In this document: positions 1-8,688 of the stretch, piece by piece
Position numbering within the stretch: the stretch's first letter is position 1
Layout of the letters: each line of letters begins with the position of its first letter
Source: an uncultured bacterium
GTDB lineage: Bacteria; Chloroflexota; Dormibacteria; Aeolococcales; Aeolococcaceae
DNA: 64,000 nt
Assembly: GCA_963847225.1 (NCBI GenBank)
Contig: CAWJYZ010000003.1
Coordinates: 71,365 to 135,364 of the forward strand
Direction of reading: 5' to 3'
Made by a program: the position numbers and the translations under genes
The notes under the pieces: model-generated
Told to the model about the DNA's origin: nothing
Seen by the model: only the letters and a program-made list of their open reading frames with translations
Databases searched by the model: none

Positions 1-1
1 C

Positions 2-1570
2 CACGATCTCCTGCTCTCCAGCTCGGACCGGGAGACCCTGGCCGGGCGCGCTCTGGAGTGGGCCATCCGCCTCGTGGGTGCCGAGGCAGGCTTGGTGGCG
101 GATGCCGACGGTGAGCTGCTTGCCGTCCAGGGTCTGACGGACCAGGAGGTGCGCGCGCTCAAGGCGAGGGCCAGCGGCACCCTGAAGGTGTCCCTGCTCC
201 GGATCGGACCGGGACCGCGGACCGCAATCGTCCAGCGACTTCCGCTGCAAACGGGAAGCGGACTCCTCGTGGTCACCTCCGGATTGCTGTCGCCCACCTT
301 CAGCGAGGACGAGGTCCAGTGGGTCTCCGCCTACGCCGCGTCGATGGCCATCGCTCTCGATCGCGCGCGTGTGGCAGAGCTGACCACCCTCCGGGAAAGA
401 CAGCTGCAGCAGGCGCATGACCTCGCCGTCAGCGCCAGCCGGGCAAAGAGCGAGTTCCTGTCCAGGATGAGTCACGAGCTCCGCACGCCGCTCACCGCCG
501 TCATCGGCTTCGCCGAGCTGATGCTGATGGAGGAGCCGGACGAGCCGCGCTCGCGCCATCTCCACACGATCCTCAAGGCGGGAGAACACCTTCTCGACCT
601 CATCAACGACGTCCTCGACATCGCCCGGATCGAGGAAGGCGCTATGGCCCTGTCCCTGGGATCCCTATCCCTCGCGCCGCTCCTTGCCGAGGCGCTCGAT
701 CTCACCCGGCCGATGGCGGATCAGCGCCGGGTGACCGTGCAGACCAAGATCCCTGCCGACGGCCTGAGCGTGATCGCAGACCATCAGCGTCTCAAGCAGG
801 TGCTGGTCAACATGGTGTCCAATGCCATCAAGTACAACCGAGTGGGCGGGTCCGTCGAGATCGCCGCCTCGGTCTCGACCGGCATGGTGCGGATCACAGT
901 ACGGGATACCGGGCCCGGATTGCGACCGGAGGAGATGGACCATCTCTTCTCCCCGTTCGAGCGACTCTCGGCGGCGACCTCGGGCATCGAAGGGACCGGT
1001 CTCGGCCTGGCCGTGTCGAAATCGCTGGTCGAGGCGATGGGGGGTCGGATCGGGGTGGACAGCACCGTCGGGGCGGGCAGCGTCTTCTGGTTCGAGCTTC
1101 CCCTCCCCGAGCCCCAGCTCCCGGGAGCGGAAGGCGACCTTGTCGGCGGGGTGGCGCTCAGCGAATCGGCCTTGCCGCCGAGCCTCGTCCTCTACGTTGA
1201 GGACACCGCGTCCAATGTCCGCCTCGTCGAACGCCTGGTGGCGCACCGGCCCGAGCTCACGCTCATCTCCGCACCCAACGGAGGTCGCGGCATCGAGATG
1301 GCCCACGAACGCCGCCCCGACCTGATCCTCCTCGACGCCCATCTTCCCGACATGGATGGCGTCGAGGTCCTCCGTCAGCTGGTCGCCGAACCGGCCACGG
1401 CCGCGATTCCGGTGGTGGTCTTCTCCGCCGACGCGACGCAGGCCCAGATCGACCGCTTCCTTGGCGCCGGAGCTCGCGAGTATCTGACCAAGCCGATCCG
1501 CCTCGCCGAGCTGGTCCGGGCCCTGGAGCGGCACCTCCTCCGACCGGCGGCGGTGCTCACCGCATCCTGA
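2..1570 (+). CDS. Hybrid sensor histidine kinase (GAF-like sensor, HisKA, HATPase_c, C-terminal receiver); 5' end cut by window edge
   Basis: The frame of ORF 74..1570 stays open back to base 2. H-box 'SHELRTPLTAVIGFAELM', N-box 'VSNAIKYN', G-boxes 'DTGPGL' and 'GTGLGLAVSKSLVE'. Receiver 'LVLYVEDTASNVRL...DLILLDAHLPDMDG...TKP'. Confidence 0.85.
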   Translation, partial: HDLLLSSSDRETLAGRALEWAIRLVGAEAGLVADADGELLAVQGLTDQEVRALKARASGTLKVSLLRIGPGPRTAIVQRLPLQTGSGLLVVTSGLLSPTFSEDEVQWVSAYAASMAIALDRARVAELTTLRERQLQQAHDLAVSASRAKSEFLSRMSHELRTPLTAVIGFAELMLMEEPDEPRSRHLHTILKAGEHLLDLINDVLDIARIEEGAMALSLGSLSLAPLLAEALDLTRPMADQRRVTVQTKIPADGLSVIADHQRLKQVLVNMVSNAIKYNRVGGSVEIAASVSTGMVRITVRDTGPGLRPEEMDHLFSPFERLSAATSGIEGTGLGLAVSKSLVEAMGGRIGVDSTVGAGSVFWFELPLPEPQLPGAEGDLVGGVALSESALPPSLVLYVEDTASNVRLVERLVAHRPELTLISAPNGGRGIEMAHERRPDLILLDAHLPDMDGVEVLRQLVAEPATAAIPVVVFSADATQAQIDRFLGAGAREYLTKPIRLAELVRALERHLLRPAAVLTAS

Positions 1571-1594
1571 CCCCTCGCCGGCCGCGCAGCGAGA

Positions 1595-2389
1595 TCAGCG
1601 GATCACAAAGCTGGAGGCTTGGGGTCCCGGCCCCGGGTTGGCGGGTACGGCGATGGCGTCCTCCGCTCCCAGGCCGTCGGCCGTCCCCGAGAAGGCCGGG
1701 CTGGTGGACACGCTGAGCTCCCCATTCTCCAGCTCGACCTCGGTGATCGACCCCCGACCGAGGGGCACCCGCCACCGCTCGCCGGGAAGGTCGCGGACGC
1801 TGGTGAGCATCAGCCGGATCATCACCGCATGGGTGACGGCGGCCACCGCCTCGCCGCCGTGCCGTCCCCCCATCAGCTGCAGACTCTCCAGGAAGCGCTC
1901 GCGTGCCTGGCTGAGCCGTTCACCGTTGGGGCACACGCACTGCAGGGGGTCCTCGCGGTACTGGAAGAAGCTGTCCGGGTCGTACGTTCGGGCCTCGTCC
2001 GCGGTCATCCCCTCCCAGGCGCCGTAGTCGAGGTTGGTGAGGCCGTGCAGGATGCGGATGTCCGGCACGCCCGCCTCGTCGGCGACGATCTGCGCGGTCG
2101 CGATGGTGCGCCGCAGCGGCCCGGTGTAGACAGCGCTCAGCCCGCGCTGGGAGAGGAAGCGGGCCGCGTCGACGGCATCCTGGTACCCCTGGGCGTCGAG
2201 AGGAACGTCGCGCCGGCCGCGATAGCGGTTCTCGCGGTTCATGGTCGTGGTGCCGTGACGGATCAGGTAGACCCGGCACGTCCCGCCGACGCTCACCACC
2301 CGCGGTAGCCCGCGCACAACCTCTGCCGTGTCCACACCGGTCCCCCTCTGATCTGCCTCCGTGTGCTGGACAACTTCGCACATCGCCAT
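1595..2389 (-). CDS. Histidine phosphatase superfamily (branch 1, PGM-like) protein
   Basis: 'RVYLIRHGTTTMNRENRYRGRRDVPLD' (RHG motif), 'GPLRRTIATAQIVAD', 'AAVTHAVMIRLML'. Full-length paralog of 7993..8688. The ORF opens at 2680, but the first ~97 codons have no counterpart in the paralog, so ATG 2389 was chosen. Start uncertain. Confidence 0.8.
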   Translation of the reverse strand: MAMCEVVQHTEADQRGTGVDTAEVVRGLPRVVSVGGTCRVYLIRHGTTTMNRENRYRGRRDVPLDAQGYQDAVDAARFLSQRGLSAVYTGPLRRTIATAQIVADEAGVPDIRILHGLTNLDYGAWEGMTADEARTYDPDSFFQYREDPLQCVCPNGERLSQARERFLESLQLMGGRHGGEAVAAVTHAVMIRLMLTSVRDLPGERWRVPLGRGSITEVELENGELSVSTSPAFSGTADGLGAEDAIAVPANPGPGPQASSFVIR

Positions 2390-2614
2390 CTCGATGGTCA
2401 ACCACCCAGATTGGTCGTCGGGACCCCCCAGATCAGCCCCGCGCAGTGTCCCGACCATGGCGCCGCGGCGGGGTCCTCCCATTGCACCGCCCGGGGTGAC
2501 CGGGGCGGCAGGACCGCTGTGGTAGCGTGTTATCGCTTGGGAAAAACGAAAGGTTCGGAAAGAGAGCGGCCATGGCCGCAGCGAGCCGACATCCCGCCGG
2601 CAGAGCGGCCACGC

Positions 2615-3487
2615 TTGGTCTTCGTGCTCGGCACCGGGCGGTGCGGGTCCACGCTCGTTCAGGAGATCCTCTGCCGCCACCCGGAGGTCGGGTTCGCCTC
2701 CAACCTGGCCGACCGGCTGCGTCTCCCCGCCCGGGCATCACGCTGGAACGGCGTTCTCTACCGCAATCTCCCGGCGGCAGCAACTCGGAAGGGTCGCATC
2801 CGCTACGCGCCATCCGAGTCGTACCGTGCCTTCGATCGGGCAGTGTCGTCTCTGTTGAGCGTTCCCTTCCGCGACCTCGTGGCGGAGGACGTGACCCCGT
2901 GGGTGGAGCGCCAGCTGCGCGCCTTCTTCCTGGGACGAGCGCATGCGCAGGGTGTGGACATCTTCCTTCACAAGCTCACCGGCTGGCCCCGGGTCGGATT
3001 TCTCGACCGGATCTTCCCGCAGGCCCGCTTCATCCACGTTGTGCGCGACGGCCGCGCGGTGGCCAACTCCTGGCTGCAGATGCCCTGGTGGCTCGGCTAC
3101 CGTGGTCCGGAGAAGTGGCAGTGGGGCCCGTTGCCTCCCGACCTTGCGGCCGGCTGGGCGGCGTCCGGATACTCCTTCGTGCTGCTTGCCGGCCTCCTGT
3201 GGGCTCTGCTCCTGGATGCGTACGAGCGAGCGGCCGCAGGACTGCCGGCGGACCGACGGCTGCAAATCCGCTATGAGGACGTCATCGCCCAGCCGCGGGA
3301 GGCCTTCCGGCGCATGCTCGACTTCTGCGGGCTGAGCTGGACACCCGGGTTTGAGCGTGGCTTCCGCCGCTACAGCTTTGCCCGGCAGAGGGAGGACGCC
3401 TTTGTCCGCGACCTCTCGGCCGCCCATGTCGAGCTCCTCACCGCCGCGCTCCGGTCGCGGCTGGTGGCGCACGGCTACGCCGCGTAG
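2615..3487 (+). CDS. PAPS-dependent sulfotransferase (class A, paralog of 8685..9611)
   Basis: 5'-PSB loop 'VLGTGRCGSTLV' and 3'-PB-like 'FIHVVRDGRAVANSWLQ'. The ORF opens at GTG 2363, but there is no ATG before the P-loop. In-frame TTG 2615 gives an N-terminus matching the paralog ('LVFVLGTGRCGST' vs 'LVVVFGTGRCGST'). Start uncertain. Confidence 0.75.
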   Translation: MVFVLGTGRCGSTLVQEILCRHPEVGFASNLADRLRLPARASRWNGVLYRNLPAAATRKGRIRYAPSESYRAFDRAVSSLLSVPFRDLVAEDVTPWVERQLRAFFLGRAHAQGVDIFLHKLTGWPRVGFLDRIFPQARFIHVVRDGRAVANSWLQMPWWLGYRGPEKWQWGPLPPDLAAGWAASGYSFVLLAGLLWALLLDAYERAAAGLPADRRLQIRYEDVIAQPREAFRRMLDFCGLSWTPGFERGFRRYSFARQREDAFVRDLSAAHVELLTAALRSRLVAHGYAA

Positions 3488-3519
3488 CGACAAGGAGGAG
3501 ACGGTCAGCGCTCCCTCGG

Positions 3520-4434
3520 TCAGTCGGCCGTCCCCGGGCTGGGCCGGCGGATGAGCAGTCGGTCACTGCGCCGAACCAGCATCCAGAGCAGCGGGCCGAC
3601 CACCGCCACGGAGAGGACCGTGAGGGCGAGCAGCATGCCGCCCACCTGGACGAGCTTGAGGCCGGTGGCGAGAAGGACGACGGAGAGCATTCGCCGCACC
3701 AGGCGCGGCGGGGCCAGGGACGAGACCTGGGCGCCGAAGAAGACACCGGGGACGCCGCCCACGATGAGCGAAACGCTCAGCGCGAACTGCACGTCGCCGA
3801 AGAGGAGGTGGGCAATCGCTGCGGAGCCGACCAGGGGGATGGCCTGTACTAGGTCGGTGCCGACGAGCTGCGGCGCCGTGAGACGCGGATAGAGGAAGAG
3901 CAAGAGGACGATGATGATGGTCCCCGCGCCCACCGAGGTCATGCCCACCACCAGGCCGCCGAGAGCGCCAACCAGGAGGGTGGGCAAGGGACGGACCTGG
4001 ACGCGCGCCGCGGGGCGGGAGCTGAGGTGCTCTCCGCTGGCGCGCTGGCGGAGATTCAGCAGTGCCTTGAGCACCATGCCCCCCACGGCCAGGAGCAGCG
4101 CCGCGCCGAGAGCGTACTGCACGATGTCCTGGATCCGCCCGCCGTGGGCAAAGAGCTTGAGCAGCAGCACTCCGGCGAACGCACTGGGCACGGAGCCGAT
4201 CCCTAGCCAGAGAGCCATCCTGCCTTGGACGGTGCGGCGGCGCAGGTGGACCGCAGCCCCAAGCGGCCGCATGACCAGAGAGGCGACCAGGTCGCTCGAC
4301 ACCGCGGCAGGGGCTGGCACTCCGAAGAGCAGAACCAGCATCGGGGTCATCAGCGCGCCCCCGCCCATTCCGGTCAGGCCCACGATGAAGCCGACAATCA
4401 GGCTCCCGACCGTGATGGGAAGATCGAGATGCAT
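3520..4434 (-). CDS. TauE/SafE family sulfite/organosulfonate exporter-type permease
   Basis: 'GFIVGLTGMGGGALMTPMLVLLFG' and the second-half repeat 'GALGGLVVGMTSVGAGTIIIVLL'. Polytopic and hydrophobic throughout. Confidence 0.8.
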   Translation of the reverse strand: MHLDLPITVGSLIVGFIVGLTGMGGGALMTPMLVLLFGVPAPAAVSSDLVASLVMRPLGAAVHLRRRTVQGRMALWLGIGSVPSAFAGVLLLKLFAHGGRIQDIVQYALGAALLLAVGGMVLKALLNLRQRASGEHLSSRPAARVQVRPLPTLLVGALGGLVVGMTSVGAGTIIIVLLLFLYPRLTAPQLVGTDLVQAIPLVGSAAIAHLLFGDVQFALSVSLIVGGVPGVFFGAQVSSLAPPRLVRRMLSVVLLATGLKLVQVGGMLLALTVLSVAVVGPLLWMLVRRSDRLLIRRPSPGTAD

Positions 4435-4480
4435 TGGGCCCCCCTCGCTCCTCGTCGGGAGCGCAGCTTCGGATCTAGGT

Positions 4481-4504
4481 ACATCAAGTCAATAGACTTG
4501 GTGT
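4481..4504. promoter_or_regulatory. 24-bp near-perfect palindrome (candidate operator) in the divergent promoter region upstream of the TauE gene
   Basis: ACATCAAGTC-AATA-GACTTGGTGT: 10-bp arms with 1 mismatch and a 4-bp spacer. It lies 47-70 bp upstream of the TauE start (4434) in a locally AT-richer stretch. Confidence 0.4.
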
Positions 4505-4659
4505 TGGAAAACTGTACCCGGGAGGACCGCCGCCGTCAACCGGGGTCCGCGGGGACGCCGCGGGCGAAGCCGTTGGCAGCCGGACGGCCTCCGTGTTCCA
4601 TTGCCTGGCTGAGGGGGCGGCACCAGTTGCGCGCCCGACACCACGAGGGGGAGAGTTCC

Positions 4660-4887
4660 ATGTCCAACGTTGCGACGACCTTTTGGAGCAACCGGCTGAT
4701 GGCCATCGGCTTGGTCGTGATCGCGGCTGTCTGCGCCGCTCTGGCCGTCTTCTACATGACGGTGAAGAGCAGCTTCCTGGCCAGTCATTACGGGCACCAG
4801 CCCAAGCACGCGTTGCTCTTCGCCGGCCTGGCCGTGATCGCCCTCATTGCCGCCAGCATCGTCTGGCGACGCCGGGCTTCGGCCTGA
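4660..4887 (+). CDS. Small two-TM membrane protein, unknown function
   Basis: ATG 4660 is preceded by 'GAGGGGGAGAG'. 'LMAIGLVVIAAVCAALAVFYM' and 'LLFAGLAVIALIAASIVW' are hydrophobic helices. The longer ORF 4225..4887 has a low-complexity N-terminus overlapping the TauE promoter. Confidence 0.45.
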   Translation: MSNVATTFWSNRLMAIGLVVIAAVCAALAVFYMTVKSSFLASHYGHQPKHALLFAGLAVIALIAASIVWRRRASA

Positions 4888-4890
4888 ACG

Positions 4891-6204
4891 TCAGTTCCCG
4901 ATCGGGGGGGCGAGCGGCTGCAGCGGGGTGCCGCCTCCCCCGATTGAGCTCGGGCCGTTGTTGGCAACGACGGCAAGGTGGGAGAAGATCGCGCTGATGT
5001 CGTGGGACCAGGGGGTGCCGGTCCCCGCAGGGGCCTCGAAGGGGAAGCCCCACGCCTGCTGGAACTGCGCCACCATCGATCCCGAGGGCCCCTCCTCCGT
5101 GCACACGGCAAAGACGCTGCGGGCGGCATCGTCGACGACGTAGGCGCCGTAGTTCTGCAGGGTCCAGGCGAGCATCCGCCCGGGCTCGGTCTCCAGCCCG
5201 AGGGAGCCGATGCTCATGCTGGTGGGCAGTGCGAGCAGAGCCCCCATCCGCAGTGCCGGCACCGTCCCTCCATAACAGCCGGGAGCACAGGCGTCGTGGC
5301 GGATCGCAGGCCATCGATAGCCCTGCGGGAAGAGGTCGGTAGCCCCATTCAGATCGATGGCCAGGGCATGCCGGATGCTTCCGCCGGGCACCAGCTCGCC
5401 AAGCCGTATCGCTCCACCGAATGAGCTCAATCCCGAGCCGCCGTGGCCGCCGAGGATGCCATTGCCGTACAGGTCGGCCGCCGGCGAGAGGGTCAGGAGG
5501 GTCGCGGGTCCTCCTGACGCGCAGCGTGCGAAGGGCTCTCCCTGAACAACGGTCCGCCCGTCCGGCATCACCGCGGCGAGGGTGTCGTTCTGCCCGTCGC
5601 TGGCGACGGTGAAGCCCGGCGGTATGGGCGCGCTCGCCAGAGTGCCGCCCCCGGGACACCGGTTGGAACCCGACCATCCCGCCCCGCTGTACTCGATCGT
5701 CGTCATCGGAGCCGTCGGGTCCATGACGATGATGTCCGGGTCGGCGGCCAGGTCTTTGTGGGTCCGGGGTGCAAGGTTGGCCGGGATGAAGAGGCTCCGA
5801 GAGCCAATCGGCATGTTCCAGATGCTGGTCGCCGCGAAAGGCCATACGTACTTGTTGCGCGTGGCGGCAGAGGGCTTGGGCGTGGGGCTCGGGCGGCGGG
5901 TGGCGCTGCGGGGGGCCGTCGCGGAGGAAGAGGGGGTGGTGCTGGCCGCCAGGCTCGGACTGGAACTCGGGCTCGAATAGGGGCTGGGGGGCGTCCACCC
6001 GCCGGAGGCCGGGCCGGCAAGGCCCGCGACGGCAGATGGCAGAACGGGGGTCGAGGAGGTGAGGGCGACATCGCGACCGCCGACCGCCGAGGCGGCCACC
6101 GCTCCGCTGAGCAGCGCACAGATGCAGGCCAGACATCGCCGGCGGGCCGCCCCGCCGGCGCCACCCCCGCGCAAACGGCGCCACAGGGACTCATGATCGC
6201 CCAC
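4891..6204 (-). CDS. Secreted protein: signal peptide, S/P/T-rich linker, unassigned ~320-aa domain ('domain X')
   Basis: GTG 6204 with GAGGGGA 7 nt upstream. Signal-like 'RRRCLACICALLSGAVAASAVGG'. Residues from about 117 align with the C-terminal half of 12295..14454 ('SIWNMPIG', 'GGSGL', 'RHAL', 'YGG..PALRMG.LLA.P', 'AWTL..YGAYVV.D.ARSVFAV', 'NGPS..GGGG.PLQPLA.P'). Confidence 0.75.
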   Translation of the reverse strand: MGDHESLWRRLRGGGAGGAARRRCLACICALLSGAVAASAVGGRDVALTSSTPVLPSAVAGLAGPASGGWTPPSPYSSPSSSPSLAASTTPSSSATAPRSATRRPSPTPKPSAATRNKYVWPFAATSIWNMPIGSRSLFIPANLAPRTHKDLAADPDIIVMDPTAPMTTIEYSGAGWSGSNRCPGGGTLASAPIPPGFTVASDGQNDTLAAVMPDGRTVVQGEPFARCASGGPATLLTLSPAADLYGNGILGGHGGSGLSSFGGAIRLGELVPGGSIRHALAIDLNGATDLFPQGYRWPAIRHDACAPGCYGGTVPALRMGALLALPTSMSIGSLGLETEPGRMLAWTLQNYGAYVVDDAARSVFAVCTEEGPSGSMVAQFQQAWGFPFEAPAGTGTPWSHDISAIFSHLAVVANNGPSSIGGGGTPLQPLAPPIGN

Positions 6205-6296
6205 TGCAGTATCCCCTCGAGATGGCGGGAGCGCGACCTCTGCGGTCGCGTCGCGGCATGTTACCCAGCCGGCTGGGGTACCGTCCAGCCCTCGGC

Positions 6297-6812
6297 TCAG
6301 CGGCCGCTCGGCGCTTCCCTCTCGTGACGGCGGGAGGCGACGGCCACGGGCAGGTCGTCGCTGCCGCTGGCCCGATAGGCAGCGGCCAGATGGCGAACCT
6401 CATCTGGCAAAGAGCCGTCGGCCACGTCGGCCAGGCTCACCTCCTCGAGAACGGAGCGCAGGCTGGCCCGCACCGCCATCCATACATCCTCTAGCGGCTC
6501 GGACGCCCCCCCGTAACCCAGCTGGGCGACGCGAGTGTCGCGCAGGTTGACCAGTGGCCCGTCCACGACCCGCATCACCTCGGCGAGGCTGATCTGCGCC
6601 GGCGGGCGGGAGAGGACGTACCCGCCCTCGGTGCCCCGGTGGCCGGTGACCAGGCGGGCACGCCGGAGTTCAGCCAGGATGCCGAGAAGAAAGCGCAGGG
6701 GGATGTCCTGCTGGGTGGCGAGGCGCTCGGCCTTCAACGGCTTGCCGCCCGGCTCGGCGGCCAGCTGCACCATGGCCCGGAGCGCATAGTCGACCTTGGC
6801 GGAGACCCTCAC
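6297..6812 (-). CDS. Rrf2-family transcriptional regulator
   Basis: 'VRVSAKVDYALRAMVQLA', '...IPLRFLLGILAELRRARLVTGHRGTEGGYVLSRP' (wHTH). GTG 6812 gives the canonical Rrf2 N-terminus; the ORF opens at 6881. Confidence 0.85.
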   Translation of the reverse strand: MRVSAKVDYALRAMVQLAAEPGGKPLKAERLATQQDIPLRFLLGILAELRRARLVTGHRGTEGGYVLSRPPAQISLAEVMRVVDGPLVNLRDTRVAQLGYGGASEPLEDVWMAVRASLRSVLEEVSLADVADGSLPDEVRHLAAAYRASGSDDLPVAVASRRHEREAPSGR

Positions 6813-7001
6813 GGGGGTGATCCTCGCATCTGAGGTGGCTGTGTGCTCACTGCCCGCCCCGCCGATGGGGTCGATCCCCAAAGCGCGGGATGCGATCCCC
6901 CCTCAGCGGGTCGCGCGGAGCCTTCCGATCCGCGCTATCCTGACGGAGGCTGCGAGCCGGCCACGGTTGGGTGGGGGCAGCCCGGTTTCATGAGGGGCCC
7001 A

Positions 7002-7823
7002 ATGAGCGTCAGAGAGAGGGTGGGGGAGCGGAGCGCGTGGCCGCTCGGAGCGGCGGCATTCGATGCCATCCAATCCGACCATGACCTGGCGGGTGCGGTC
7101 GCGGAGGAGGCCGGTCGGGCTCTGCTGTCGCTTCGGAGCGAAGTCGGTCACGACAATCCCGACGTCCTGCGCGATCTGGGCGACAGGCTATCGCACACGC
7201 TGATCACGCTGCGGCTCGCCAAGCAGCGCCCCGGTGATTCGATCCTCTCCGAGGAGGGCGGGGACGGCGCTGCGCGGCTTGCTTCCCGCCGCGTGTGGAT
7301 CGTCGATCCCCTGGACGGCACCCGTGAGTTCGGCGAGGTCGGGCGCTGTGACTGGGCTGTCCATGTCGCCCTGGTCGAAGGCGGCTCGCCCGTTGCCGCT
7401 GCGGTGAGCCTGCCGGCTCGGGGTCTGGTGATGACCACGGCGGCTGTTCCGCCGCGTGCCCCACGGCACGGCGGACGGCTCCGGCTGGTTGTGAGCCGGT
7501 CGCACACCCCGCGGCAGGCAACGGCGATCGCCGAGGACTTGGACGCTGAGCTGATCCACATGGGATCGGCGGGCGCCAAGGCCATGGCCGTCGTTCTCGG
7601 AGAGGCGGACGCGTACATCCACCTCGGCGGCCAATACGAGTGGGACTCCGCTGCCCCGGTCGGCATCGCTCTCGCTGCCGGTCTCCGGGCCAGCCGGATC
7701 GACGGGTCGCCGCTCAGGTACAACCAGCCCAATCCCTGGCTGCCCGACCAGGTGATCTGTCGACCGGAGATGCACTCCCCACTCCTGGTGGCGCTGCGCT
7801 GCCGTGTGCACGCGGCGGCCTGA
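7002..7823 (+). CDS. cysQ: 3'(2'),5'-bisphosphate nucleotidase (PAP phosphatase), inositol-monophosphatase fold
   Basis: 'ILSEEGGD', 'WIVDPLDGTREF', 'GQYEWDSAAPVGIALAAGL'. ATG 7002 is preceded by GAGGGG; the ORF opens at 6843. Confidence 0.85.
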   Translation: MSVRERVGERSAWPLGAAAFDAIQSDHDLAGAVAEEAGRALLSLRSEVGHDNPDVLRDLGDRLSHTLITLRLAKQRPGDSILSEEGGDGAARLASRRVWIVDPLDGTREFGEVGRCDWAVHVALVEGGSPVAAAVSLPARGLVMTTAAVPPRAPRHGGRLRLVVSRSHTPRQATAIAEDLDAELIHMGSAGAKAMAVVLGEADAYIHLGGQYEWDSAAPVGIALAAGLRASRIDGSPLRYNQPNPWLPDQVICRPEMHSPLLVALRCRVHAAA

Positions 7824-7928
7824 TCAGGGGGGGTCCCGCGCTCATCCCGCCAGGGCAGTGGGTCAATCTGTGCATGCTTGACCTACCGAGAGCGGGTTTG
7901 CTGTCTGGACGACGACCGGCGTAGGTTT

Positions 7929-7957
7929 TTGACCGCCTCGACTGGTTAAGGTATCGT
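7929..7957 (+). promoter_or_regulatory. Possible sigma70-type promoter for the phosphatase-sulfotransferase pair
   Basis: TTGACC (7929-7934), 17-nt spacer, TATCGT (7952-7957), about 35 nt upstream of ATG 7993. Pattern match only. Confidence 0.25.
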
Positions 7958-7992
7958 GAGGTTCGCCCAGCGGAAGTCGATGAGGGGAGCCC

Positions 7993-8688
7993 ATGGCTGG
8001 TTCAGCACCGTCCCAATCGCGCGTGCGTTCGGTCGAGGGACCCTGCCGCATCTTCCTGGTGCGTCACGGGACCGCGCGGGTAAACGCGGAGAATCGATAC
8101 CGCGGTCGCTGGGACGTGCCTCTCGACGTGCAGGGATACGAGGACGCGGTGGACGCGGCGCGCGCCCTCTCCGGTGTCCGGCTGAGCGCGGTCTACGCCG
8201 GGCCGCTGCGGCGGACCATCGCCACCGCGCAGATCATCGCCGACCAGTCGGGAATCCCCGACATCCGCATCCTCCAGCAGCTGACCAACGTCGACTACGG
8301 GATGTGGCATGGCATGACCGCGGCCGAGGCCGAGGCGAACAACCCGAAGGCCTTTGGTCTCTACTGCACCTCGCCGCTCGAGTGCGCCTGCCCCAACGGC
8401 GAACGACTGGTGGACGCCCAGGAGAGGATGGTGGAGGCGCTACAGCTCATCGGCGTCCGGCATCCGGGCGAGAATGTGGCCGGTGTCACCCACTCGGTCA
8501 TGATCCGCCTGCTGGTGGCACGGGTCGCGGGGATCAGCGGCCGTGGCTGGAGACTGCCGGTCAGCCGCGACGGGATCGTCGAGCTCCACGTCGAGGACGG
8601 CTCGGTCAGACTGGTCACGCCGCTCGAGGACGATGAGGCGACTTCGCCCGTGGCCCCTGCTGGCATAGGGATCAGCGAGCCCACGTGA
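7993..8688 (+). CDS. Histidine phosphatase superfamily (branch 1) protein, paralog of 1595..2389
   Basis: 'RIFLVRHGTARVNAENRYRGRWDVPLD', 'GPLRRTIATAQIIAD', 'GVTHSVMIRLLV'. RBS GAGGGGAG lies before the ATG. Confidence 0.85.
   Translation: MAGSAPSQSRVRSVEGPCRIFLVRHGTARVNAENRYRGRWDVPLDVQGYEDAVDAARALSGVRLSAVYAGPLRRTIATAQIIADQSGIPDIRILQQLTNVDYGMWHGMTAAEAEANNPKAFGLYCTSPLECACPNGERLVDAQERMVEALQLIGVRHPGENVAGVTHSVMIRLLVARVAGISGRGWRLPVSRDGIVELHVEDGSVRLVTPLEDDEATSPVAPAGIGISEPT

Noticed and set aside
4844-6184. 446-aa ORF overlapping 4891..6204 in another minus-strand frame
   Set aside because: It is R/P/G-rich with no homolog in the window. The alternative frame is validated by its paralogous domain in 12295..14454.
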